Positions 49,400 through 60,927 are shown, counted from the first letter of the whole stretch. The stretch: DNA of 63,496 nt, filler included, from Octopus bimaculoides (GCF_001194135.2; 5 parts of 5 records of this genome joined end to end with filler, not necessarily neighbours in it); one strand, 5' to 3'. Notes: a model not told the origin generated them from the sequence alone. Numbers and translations are program-made.

Positions 49400-50120
49400 G
49401 TTTATTCATTACTTTCAAAAGAACTGAGTGTAAGGGTAGAGGCAAAAGAAATTAATGATGTGGAACGTCCAGGAACAGTCAATGAATGTGTGGCATGACA
49501 CAAAACTGGTTCAGACATTTCAAGGAAGGTGACACCAGCCTCAAAGACAAACCAAAGTCAGTGATACCTTTTGTTGTGGAAGATGAGGCTTACTCGAAAT
49601 GGCTGAACCACAGCCAAGCACAAGCACTTGTACATTGTCAGCAGAACTTGGTCTTTCACAAAGGACCATCAATAAACACCTCCATAAACACTTCCACAAA
49701 GCATCTCCATAAGCTTAGTCTTGTGAACTGATATGTTGAGAAGCTCTTCGTGAACAAACCAGCAAACCCATGACCAGGCTCAATGAAGTGTGAACATTCA
49801 TAAACAACTTAGCAAATCCTTGAACATCCATTTTTGGCATTGAATTGTAACTGGGGATGAAACAACAAACTTGACAAACTTGGAAGTACTACCTCACCCT
49901 ATCTACAGATCAGACCTTGCACTATCAGATTACCAGCTTTCCCAAGCCTTGGCTCATTTCCTGCACAGATGGAGGTTCAACAATGTGGATGAGGTTGAAA
50001 ATGGGTAGAGAGAGTTTTTTCACCTCTAAACCAGTCAAGTGGTTTAAGGATGGAATTGAGTTTTGGGTGTAATGATGGCAACAGACTATAGAATATGGTG
50101 GGATATATTATGATGAATAA
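49400..50120 (+). mobile_element. Decayed mariner transposase
   Basis: QNWFRHFKEGDTSLKDKPKS; IVTGDE; PYSTDLALSDYQLF-like motif; C-terminal RWQQTIEYGGIY-like end. Confidence 0.8.
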
Positions 50121-50207
50121 ATGCTTTTCATTAATAATTTGTTTAAACAATTAATAAAAGGTTGAAATAAGAAAAAAACTTAAACTCAACATGTTATGTA
50201 CACATGT

Positions 50208-50264
<57 letters not shown>

Positions 50265-50364
50265 NNNNNNNNNNNNNNNNNNNNNNNNNNNNNNNNNNNN
50301 NNNNNNNNTTAATTAATTAANNNNNNNNNNNNNNNNNNNNNNNNNNNNNNNNNNNNNNNNNNNN
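50265..50364. other. Artificial scaffold/contig linker
   Basis: 44 N + TTAATTAATTAA + 44 N. Confidence 0.95.
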
Positions 50365-50520
50365 TATATATATATATATATATATATATAATAGTAGGGT
50401 AAAAAAGTTGGATATTAATTAATATCCATTTAATACCAGGGAACAAGCACATTAAAAGAATCAAGTAGATTCAGAAAAAATATCTGAGATCTCAAACGAT
50501 TATTGTATATGAATATATAA

Positions 50521-50847
50521 AAAGGAGACCACTAGGGGGACTGTTAATGTGCTAGACGAAGATCATATGTAACGTGTCTACTAAGACCGAATTGTTCTCA
50601 AAGGAAATTTAGCGAAGTAACAAAAACGTATGCGGGTAAGACAAGTGAAAATTACATAAATATATACCATTATCTGTAAACTAGTTTCGAAATTAACATT
50701 TTCTTACCGAAAATATCTGTTTCTCATCTTACCCGCATAAGTTTTTGTTACTTCGCTAAATTTCCTTTGAGAACAATTCGGTCTTAGTAGACACATTACA
50801 TGTGATCTTCTTCTAGCACATTAACAGTCCACCCAGTGGTCTCCTTT
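50521..50847. repeat. Long inverted repeat (foldback / MITE-like)
   Basis: Arms 50521-50641 and 50727-50847 (~120 bp, few mismatches), spacer ~85 bp, TA-rich flanks. Confidence 0.9.
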
Positions 50848-50966
50848 ATATATATATACCCACTTTCACATAAACCCACGCGCTTGCGTGCACACTTTCG
50901 TCGAATTACTTCCATTCAACCACTTCTTTCCAGTCAATTCGACATATATGTATGTATATATGTATG

Positions 50967-51010
<44 letters not shown>

Positions 51011-51311
51011 GGATGTGAAGTATTTTCATCGTGATGACTCATACTGTTAGGTATGCGTTTTGAGTACTCAAATAGGAGTGCCACAAAAATTCCAGTTTGA
51101 ACAACAGTTGAAGTTATAGTTATGTAATTGTCTTGTTCAAAACGGCAAAAGCTAGTTTCCCTTTGAGCCAGTAGGTGTCGGTTGAAATAGTGAGGAAAGG
51201 CACACAATCAGGCAAGGCTTGGTAAGGACATTTAATTTAATTTAATTCAATCTAATTTAGTTAGATAACGAATGATAGAAAATAACGAATAGTAAAATAT
51301 AATAAAAAATA

Positions 51312-51403
51312 ATCTCTGACAGCTGTTTCTGAGATATCCTAGCTATTGGAGCATCATACAGACCGAAGACTCTGTAAGTTGAGAATGCTGTCATCAGAGA
51401 GAT
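51312..51403 (-). ncRNA. Type I hammerhead-ribozyme-like motif with atypical long stem II
   Basis: Minus strand: atctct-CTGATGA-[61 nt]-GAAAC-agct-GTC-agagat. Stem I is a perfect 6 bp and stem III is the palindrome ACAGCTGT, but stem II does not close canonically. Confidence 0.5.
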
Positions 51404-52409
51404 ATAGATTAGACAATGAAAGAAAGTTGGAGAAAGGCATAAAAGAGAAAAAACCTGATGGAGATAAATGCAAAATGGTAGATTTGTCGATCTAAAAGTT
51501 GAATTATTTCTCGTAGAAAATGAAACTTTTTAATTAACTATAAGCGAAGACTTTGTCGTAGAATTCGGATTTTGAAAATCAAACCCGTTTTTCTCGATGA
51601 CGCACCGTTTCGGAGACTATCAGAGACATATTCACATACATACACACATAAACTCTAATTTATATAGTAGTTATATAGATGTGTGTGTCAGGGCTGAGCT
51701 TGTAGATCCATTTAGATATGGTCGAGAGGTTAAGAAGTACGCTCTATAATCCGAAAGTCCCATGTTTGCTCCCAATACTTGGGCACGTGTCTTTATCACA
51801 GCTCGCCTCGCCACAAGCCTTGTGAGTGGAATTAGATAGATGGAAAATGCGTAAAAGCTCGTCGGATGAATTGTATCTATAATTTAAAAGGCCAACTTTC
51901 TTACACAATACGTAACGCTAATCCAGCCTGGAAATCTCGTAAAGTGTACAAGTGTTCTTGAAATACTCAGCTATAATTCAATGAATTGATGGTTTCATTA
52001 TAGAATGCAATTATCATCGTATAAACTGCTGAAGGATCCTTTTACATTTTCGAATCGGAAAGTTATATCAGTCGTTGACATAAAAATAAGGCAAAAAAAT
52101 ACAATCTTCCTCTGAAGTATGTAAAGCAATTCGACATGCTGAATGAGTTTTAATTTAGTCATGAGTTATCCGCATGCATTCATTGTTGTATGACCTGAAT
52201 AAAGCTTTGGTAGATCTGTGCTTTTTTTTTCACGTTTTTGATTCGACCTTGCCTTAACCTAGTGTTCTCAATCTTTTGTGTATTGTCAAATACAGAAACA
52301 ACAAAGTCTGTATTTCTCTGTCTTGTTTGATTTGACCTGAAATTCTGCCGGTGCTAATACTACTTTGCATATGACACACATACACACACTCCCCATCTCT
52401 CTCTCTCCC

Positions 52410-52442
<33 letters not shown>

Positions 52443-52456
52443 GTATACACACACAC

Positions 52457-52487
<31 letters not shown>

Positions 52488-52550
52488 CATATATACATAC
52501 ATACNNNNNNNNNNNNNNNNNNNNNNNNNNNNNNNNNNNNNNNNNNNNNN

Positions 52551-52641
<91 letters not shown>

Positions 52642-52866
52642 ACAGCTAAGTTCTAAACCACTATTAGGGATAAAATTTCTAAAGGAATGCAAAATAAAAA
52701 CATTTACCATCTAGTTCCTGAACCAATTGGTTTCTGACTTATTTTAGCAAATAAGATGATTTACTAGGTGAAGTCTTCGTCAGCAGATACACACAGATCA
52801 AACATATATACACGAGGCAATCCAATATATGCACCATGCTTATACATAGATAGGTAGGTAGATAGA

Positions 52867-52899
<33 letters not shown>

Positions 52900-52923
52900 G
52901 CACACACAGACAGACAGACAGAC

Positions 52924-52962
<39 letters not shown>

Positions 52963-52969
52963 CGCAAGT

Positions 52970-53102
52970 AAGCACATAAGTGTAAAACAAGGTGGAAAAA
53001 TAGTAGCTGAATACCTAAGGTAGAATAATATGCTTTTATTAAAGCTGCACAATCTTCACAAAACTGTTGCTCAAAGTTTCACGTTCCCGTTCGTCGGACA
53101 GT
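52970..53102 (-). mobile_element. Short microsatellite-flanked element carrying a hammerhead-like motif
   Basis: Homologous to 63335-63470. Minus strand: actgt-CCGACGA-acg(GGAA)cgt-GAAAC-tttga-GCA-acagt. Confidence 0.6.
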
Positions 53103-53148
53103 CGTGATGAATATATGTATTTGTATGTGTGATGAACATATATATATA

Positions 53149-53222
<74 letters not shown>

Positions 53223-53263
53223 TGTGTGTGTGTATGTGTGTAAAGAGAGTTGTTCTTAGTACC

Positions 53264-53410
53264 GGGTCACCAAAATGTAATGGAAGGCTGTTATTCTTGC
53301 GTTGGGGTCACCAAACGTAAAGAAGGTTCGAAACACGTTGGATGTCACTAAATGTAACGTAAGCTGTTGTAATCACGTGAGGCTCAACAAATGTAATGAA
53401 TTATGTTACG
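53264..53410 (+). repeat. Degenerate ~36-41-bp tandem repeat, about four units
   Basis: gggtcaccaaa(a)tgtaa...cgttg units. Confidence 0.65.
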
Positions 53411-53938
53411 ATTAAATTGTTCAAAGTTTGATAGACATTGTAATCATAAACATTGAAAAGAAAAATATTGTTTACGGTTTTATTCGCACGTACAGCCACT
53501 ATACAAGATAGTGGTTGCAGTCAGTAATTTAGTGATACGATAGAAATGAAGTTCTTAGGAATGTGTTTGGTAGGAAAACCTGCTTGCTAGAAAGCGAAGC
53601 CGTACAGCATGTGGAAGCGAAAATATACTGACTGATAATGTTCTATCAGGGTTTCTATTTCTACCTGTAGGAAGAACTGAATATATGTTCAAGAACAAAG
53701 GAATATATATGTCTTATCTATCATAACTTCAAAATAACCGTAGAATTTTACTCAAACATACACACACACACACACATGCAAAAACAAACAAGCACACACA
53801 CACTTAACGTATATTATATATAATAGCAATAATATCTGTCTATCCATTTGTATCATATTTAAATATCATATGTGTTTTTGTATTATAATACATGTACATA
53901 TACAAATATACATATTTATGAATAATAAATATCACTCA

Positions 53939-53983
<45 letters not shown>

Positions 53984-54647
53984 TTATATTTATTCATGTG
54001 AGTATACATACATACATGCATACATACATACACACGTACGTACATAACAAGCTAGGGATGTGAAGTATGGTTAAAGTAGGTGAAGAAATATCAATGCAGT
54101 GCAAATAGGTTTAGCTAGAGTCGATTATTTTCAATATATTTTTGATGAGAGTGGGCATGAGATATGGTCACATATGGCGTGAGAAAGTTGGGTGAAAACT
54201 GTGTATAGAGGATGTGGGGAGATATCAGTAAATGAGCATATGATTTGAAATGTACATTGTGCATATGTACTTTATGCATTATCATATGAACATTATGCAT
54301 TATTATATGTACATTATGCATAAAATAATATGAATGCTAAACTGTTTTAGATAAGTACTTATGCTATAAACATACAGTAAATTATTGAAAAATACCACTG
54401 CTTGTTAAAATATCGGGTTATATTTACTATCGGGGTATATTTACAATAATAGGAATTTACATATTAAACAAAGATGAAAGAGAATTAAAATAAGTAAGGT
54501 TAGGGTTGATTATTGGTTCTAGTTATTAGTCCTATAAAAAAAAAGTGGTGGGGAATAAGTTTTATGGTAAATGTCATAAAGTAGAGTTAAGGCAGATTAA
54601 AGGTTCCAGTTGCTGTTTTTTTTTCAAAAAGAAAGAAAAGGAGAATA

Positions 54648-55536
54648 CTAGGTCTGATCAATAAGTATCCGGACTGTTGCCATAGTAACGAAGTTAAAGC
54701 ACGCAGAGTGAAACCGCTTGGCGAAGATTGACCTTGAACTCTGCTGTGCATGCGCAATAAGTTTTAATGTTCTAGTTCACTTCTGCTGTTTACAGCAGTG
54801 CTTTGAAAGAAGGTGTGAAGCGTGTGATCGTCGCATTGACCATGACAGAGAAAGTTATCATGGCGATACCTGCTCAGAAGCCAACGCAAAGTTGTAGAAA
54901 GTGTATAGAGAGGGGTGTGTGAGCCACACACAAGTGTACGACTAGTTCAGACCATTCCAAGATGGCCGAAAAATGTCGATATTGACGACCGTTCTGAGAG
55001 ACTCGCAACCAGCAGAACTGAGAAAAACATTGCAGATGTGCGTGCAGCTGTGAGGGGAAATCACCGAATCACCATCCGTGAGTTATCAGAGGATGTGCAA
55101 ATTAGTTACGGTTCTGTTCAGTCCATTATCAATGAAGATTTGAGTATGAGACGCGTGTGTCAAGTTTGTGCCAAAACTACTTTCTGTTGACCAAAAAGAC
55201 ACTCGGGTTACAGTTGCACAAGATCTTGATTATATCGAGAACGATGAAAACTTTTTGAAAACTTTGCGTAAGCCTCTGAGCAAGTATCGCCAAACTTTTG
55301 GCAAAATTTGATGCAGATTCTCTACTCAAATTTCTCTGTCGTGGTCAATGCGACGATCACACGTTACACACCTTTCTTCCGAGCACTACTGTAAACAGCG
55401 GAAATGAGGTAGAACATTAAAACTTAGTGAACATGCACAGTAAATTTGAAGTTCAATCTGTGCCATGCAGCTTCACTTTGTGTGATTTAGCTTCGTTACT
55501 ATGGCAATATTTCGGGTACTTATTAATCAGACAACG
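54648..55536 (+). mobile_element. Internally deleted mariner element with long TIRs and TA TSD
   Basis: Left ctaggtctgatcaataagtatccggactgttgccatagtaacgaag matches the reverse complement of the right end; TA at 54646-54647 and 55537-55538; remnant RTEKNIADVRAAVRGNHRITIRELSEDVQISYGSVQSII (mariner HTH region). Confidence 0.9.
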
Positions 55537-55689
55537 TAAGCGACATGTTAAAATAACTGATCTTTTAATGTTATGTTGACTGTATTGGTAAGAGATGTGC
55601 TCTGTTTGAGAATATTTTAAGTACTCCAATTACTATCAACAGCTGAAGGTGTGTTTTGAAAACGATATTTGTACGTAAACATTAAGTCG

Positions 55690-56000
55690 AAAGGAAGTCC
55701 TCTGAAGGCCTTCAGAAAGCGGTGAGCAGGATGCCATTAATATTCCGTTTGAACTGTCACAGGAAAGACATGAAGAAGATTCAAGAGGGCCAGTGTCCTG
55801 GGAAGAAAGACTAGGCATTATGACTGAAGGGTTGGTTGTACCAAAAGTGATAGGTGGTGAAAGAGGAGTGGAATAAGAAGCTTGAGCGGTGAAGGTACGA
55901 AAGCAGTTTACTCTGAGGAACAAGGGCAATTATGTGTGAAACTAAAAGGAGATAATTTTGTGATGTTAATTTTGCTTCGTGAAATTGTAAAAATTCAGTG
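55690..56000 (-). mobile_element. CR1/L2-group LINE 3' end remnant
   Basis: Minus strand SHNA*SFFPGHWPS*IFFMSFL*QFKRNIN resembles the SFFPxTxxLWNSLP...FKxxIN LINE C-terminus. Confidence 0.5.
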
Positions 56001-57454
56001 TTAATAAGGTGAAATTTCAGGTAATATGGCTGTGAATAGTCGATCCTTTTAATGGTATGCAGGTCCACAATATTAAATATTTAGTTTTCTTAACTATGTT
56101 AGAAGAGGTAGATTTTTCGAACATCTCGACTGATTACATAGCTAGGTCCTATCACTGACTCAATGGTTCCTGGTTGAAATGAACCGCTTGTAGAGAGATG
56201 GTTTTCCTCATGACGTCATCATATAGATGACGTATTTGAGGTAATGCAACGATCTGTGACCGTTCAGTATTGTCGTCATACTTCCCAAACACGAGTTCAT
56301 CCTTTTGATGCTTCATATCAATTATTCATTTGGATTTCTGAGTTATCTCCCCTGCTTTTCCTGAATATAATTATTCATTTGATCTGATGAGTATTTTCTC
56401 CTCATTATGTGCGTAAACTTAATTAACGTTTTCTTTGCTCACTACATTAAAATGTTATTTCCCACCTAACTATATAGTTTTTATGCAAAGGTGTGCTTCG
56501 CTAATTAAGCCCGTCATATATTTAACATGTCATATCTGTTAATAGTCATTTACTTACATTTTGTACATCAGCCAGTTATCTCGGATCTGGTAAGTACTAT
56601 TAAATAGTATATTTCGCTAATGAGGTAAGATAATACCAAAACATGTTCCGAGTTGTCACTACGTTGGCCAAAGACGAAACTCAGTCCCCTTTACATGTCA
56701 TTATGTCTTTCTTCAATTATACTATTTTATTAGCCCTAGATTTGACTAATGCAACTTGGCAAATAAATTTGACATTATTCAGTCTAGAAAGAAGGATCTA
56801 AACAGCCATATTTCTCTTTAGGCAGATGTTTTCATTAGTTTCTCGTTCACTTAAAGATTTAGAAGTTATTGTTAAAACGGGCCTACCAAATCATTTATAT
56901 ATACTCATACAAGCAATATATCAACAAAGAAGTTTGTTCTACTTTATAGAAATAGCAACTAATTATTCAGTTCCCTGTGCACTGCACTGAGGAAAACATA
57001 GGATTGTCATAGTTGGATCGGCTTTGATCCAAAGTCTTCTCAGTCAAGGCCGATGCTCTATAGCTAAAACAAAAGCACTTCGACTGAAAGCAGTATAGGA
57101 ACAAAATAATAGGCACAGAGACTGACTGACAGACAAATCGACGCACAGACAAGAAGACGGACAGAGAGCCGATTGGGTGCTAGACATACTTATATATAAT
57201 GAACTAAGAAAATTTTATGATTAACAGTACATTCTTAGTGATGAGAACAATCATTTTCTAATATTGAAATAAGTAAATAAGTAAATAAATAAATGGCGAA
57301 ATGAATAAACAGAAAGGCAGAGGTAATTCCGGAATTACAATTAATTAATATCAATCAAATATGGAATGCTGTAGGGAGTGAGTCTAATCTTTAGCACTAT
57401 TGTGACAACTCCAGACTTGTTTTACATATTTATATATTCATCACCCCACTTCCT

Positions 57455-57625
57455 GTCGATGATCGTAATAGTATAATTGGTGAAGACCTGACAAAACTAC
57501 CCCCTGGAGCGACATACAGACAGACTGTTGCGATTAAAACTGACACACAATCAAGTACTGGGTCGATGGTGTCGACTAACCACATTCCCTTAAAAATTAC
57601 TGACCTTGTGCCAAAATCGGAAGCC
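57455..57625 (+). mobile_element. SINE family B 3' variant
   Basis: aagtactgggtcgatggtgtcgact...cttgtgccaaaatcggaagc. Confidence 0.55.
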
Positions 57626-57919
57626 ACTGTTTAGTGTCTCAATTATTACAGATGTGGATTAGTGGAGAGGATAACGCATTAGCTAGATACACATAGGATG
57701 TCAGTTCAAATAAGGTGGAAACTCTAAGTTGTTATTGTTATTTAATCTGAGGCAAGCCGTGATGAAACACGTATGATCAAAAACTTTCCAGCTGCGACAA
57801 TACATCAGTATAAAGATGTAGTAACTATTTCTCTTTCTCACACTTCCTCTTTCTCACACTTCCTCTTTCTCTTCTTCCTTCTTTTGCTGTCTCTCTCCCT
57901 CAAGCTATCTATACGGTAG

Positions 57920-58085
57920 ACCCCTGGTTCTGAACCAGGGTCCATATAGCCCCTGATGGTCCATATAAGATGTTGGGGGTTCCACTCAACAAAATAGTAA
58001 ACTGGGGATACACAATATTGCTTTAAGGGCCCCTGAAAAAGATCTGCTTTAGATGTATGTATTGATATGTATTGCAAGAAACAAC
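57920..58085. mobile_element. hAT MITE fragment (same family as 17536-18105)
   Basis: ctggttctgaaccagggtcc...tttaagggcccctgaaaaag...atgtatgtattgatatgtattgcaagaaac is the reverse-complement homolog of 17965-18105. Confidence 0.7.
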
Positions 58086-58358
58086 CAGGTTTCTTTCTCT
58101 GACATTTTACATAGTTCAACCTATACAAGTTAATAGGTGAAAAACGAAATAGGAATTTTGAAAGAAATTTCTATTAAACTAGTATGTATGCATGATGTAT
58201 GTTTGTACGTATCAGTTTAGTGTCGTTTGATGGAAAGTTCTCAATACCATACTAAAAATTAATGATATTATATTCACGGGCTTTAAGGCAATCTCTGCAC
58301 CCACAGGTGAAACTCAGAGCAGCAAAAGACTGATTCGAGTAAAATGAAGTATACACAC

Positions 58359-58458
58359 NNNNNNNNNNNNNNNNNNNNNNNNNNNNNNNNNNNNNNNNNN
58401 NNTTAATTAATTAANNNNNNNNNNNNNNNNNNNNNNNNNNNNNNNNNNNNNNNNNNNN
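58359..58458. other. Artificial scaffold/contig linker
   Basis: 44 N + TTAATTAATTAA + 44 N. Confidence 0.95.
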
Positions 58459-59783
58459 ATATATACATGTAGATATAAATATGTATATCAGTGTAAATAC
58501 ATGCAAATACACGCACACACGCACATATGCACAGGCACGTATACACTCACACACGCATATGAGTAATTTTCTTTTATCACGCAGAAGAACGATATGCTAT
58601 TTACATTTACTTATCTTGAAAACAATACGAAAGACATATATCGTAGAAAATATAAATTCATCTCTTATTCCTACCTGAATGTAATGCGTGACTTTGAGTA
58701 GATTCTCAGCAACGGCAATATAATCCATATAACAATAAATCATAAATATATGAAGTATACACAAACGGAATTCAAACCCTGTGCATTATAAATCAAAACG
58801 AATCCCTCTGAATATGAAATATATATATATATATATATATATATTTACGCATACACATAATTAAAATAAAATCAATTTAAACAACTAACAATACAAAAGG
58901 AAGAACTTTTGTAATACATTGAAATTTACGTTCACTGAAAATAATTTGGGAAAGCATTGATCAGAAACAATAATAACAAAATATTAATACAAGGAACTAC
59001 GCCATACGTGATTTTAAAATATACTTCTTTATCCAAAATGCACTTGAGGGAATATATTGACACTATCTATTGAAAACAGCCCAAATATTTCATGGGAAAA
59101 GAGACATATGTAACTCGATTATATATAACAACAGTTCATTTCGTTGAAGAGCAGACAAGGTGAAAGGAATAGATGGGATAAGAAATGCTGGTCATGGACT
59201 AAAGTTATTAAACTATTTATAGAATCGAAATAAAGTGAATTCAATTTCTAAAATTCATATCGAGATAAACGTTAATAAAATATATTGATTATATGAGGTA
59301 AACGAAGGAGATATATCAAAAATAACAAGAATGCCCAAATTGCACTCCATAACAATATAAGCGATGGTTGAATATGAAGGGCAATATATTATACAACAAA
59401 ATTAACTCTGTAATATATTCATTACAAAAATTATTCTTATACATTCTCAAACACACAAACACTTACGCTCACACAAACACTTACACACACACACTTCAGA
59501 ATGACAACACATAAATACACTGCAACACAATTTCTTTTTGGCCCTGCCCTATTTAAGATTGTTCTGAAAAACGCCAAAGAGGAAAATGATTCCATCAACT
59601 TTAAACGGAATCGGGAAACATTTTTTAAAGGAATACCGGATAAGCCACCAATATATGGATACAAATCACTCAACAAGAACTCCCTAGTCGAATAGATGAT
59701 GATAACAAAGAACTTGACTTAAAAAGGATTAAGCAAACCCTATCAGGTGGTGATATTAAGTTATACATGGCATGGACAAATCT

Positions 59784-59855
59784 TTGGTCGAAACATATCT
59801 AACTTATGTAAGTTATAATAAATTACTTAGCTAACTTAGATATGTTTCGACCAAA
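59784..59855. repeat. Perfect 20-bp inverted repeat with 32-nt spacer
   Basis: tttggtcgaaacatatctaa (59784-59803) / ttagatatgtttcgaccaaa (59836-59855). Confidence 0.95.
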
Positions 59856-59888
59856 TACAATGGAGTAAATTTTTAAATAATAATAATA

Positions 59889-59921
<33 letters not shown>

Positions 59922-59945
59922 CTCAGACTTTTCATCTTTTCGAGA

Positions 59946-60126
59946 TCTTCTTCTTCTTCTTCTTCTTCTTCTTCTTCTTCTTCTTCTTCTTCTTCTTCTT
60001 CTTCTTCTTCTTCTTCTTCTTCTTCTTCTTCTTCTTCTTCTTCTTCTTCTTCTTCTTCTTCTTCTTCTTCTTCTTCTTCTTCTTCTTCTTTTTCTTCTCC
60101 TCCTCCTCCTCATCATCATCATCATC
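59946..60126. repeat. (TTC)n grading into (TCC)n and (TCA)n
   Basis: Direct observation. Confidence 0.95.
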
Positions 60127-60620
60127 AGCTGATAATTGCATATTTATACATCTGGTAGTTTACCGGTAAAGGGCGTTGGTTGTCTCAGCTTTCCTCGATA
60201 GAAGTTACGAGAGTCTTTATTAGTCTCTACAAGCGTCGGACTCATCTAACATGGATCCCTCACGAGTGGCGTAGTCAAGGTCTCGCTTATGTGTATCCGC
60301 CGGTGTAGCTGTGTGGGTGTAGGTGATTATAACATGTATATTGTGAAATAACGTCTCTTCCGCAAGATTTCTCCTCGTTATGTGTATACAAATCGGAAAA
60401 TTAAACGACACAGCATAAATGTCACTAAGAAATATCAGAGTCAAAAATAGACAAATACAGTAAATGGAAAATAGTATTAGATATAACAAATCTGAGAAGA
60501 CACACCGACACCAATGGATACAACAAAACCAGATGTTCACTATCCCAAACGTGAGAGATCGGTGCTAGATCGTTCGAAAAAATTGTGGTTGTCAATCCGA
60601 CTTCCGTCTACCTCATTAAC

Positions 60621-60672
<52 letters not shown>

Positions 60673-60825
60673 CACACACACATACANNNNNNNNNNACAC
60701 ACACACACACACACACGCACACACACACACACATACACACATATACCACAAACCAGCAAAAGATAAAACTACAAATATGTATGTATGCATGTATGTATGT
60801 ATGTATGTATGTACGTACGTATGTA

Positions 60826-60925
60826 NNNNNNNNNNNNNNNNNNNNNNNNNNNNNNNNNNNNNNNNNNNNTTAATTAATTAANNNNNNNNNNNNNNNNNNN
60901 NNNNNNNNNNNNNNNNNNNNNNNNN
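60826..60925. other. Artificial scaffold/contig linker
   Basis: 44 N + TTAATTAATTAA + 44 N. Confidence 0.95.
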
Positions 60926-60927
60926 GG

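Noticed and set aside
51584-51625. Second hammerhead (ctgatag-tctcc-gaaacggtgcgtc on the minus strand)
   Set aside because: The core lacks the required GA and there is no stem II or stem I.
58850-59700. Intact coding gene in segment 4
   Set aside because: The sequence is AT-rich with frequent stops. There is only a faint PLE-linker-like resemblance, not enough to call a feature.
59823-60141. Poly-Arg/poly-Lys ORFs
   Set aside because: These are translations of the (TTC)n tract.
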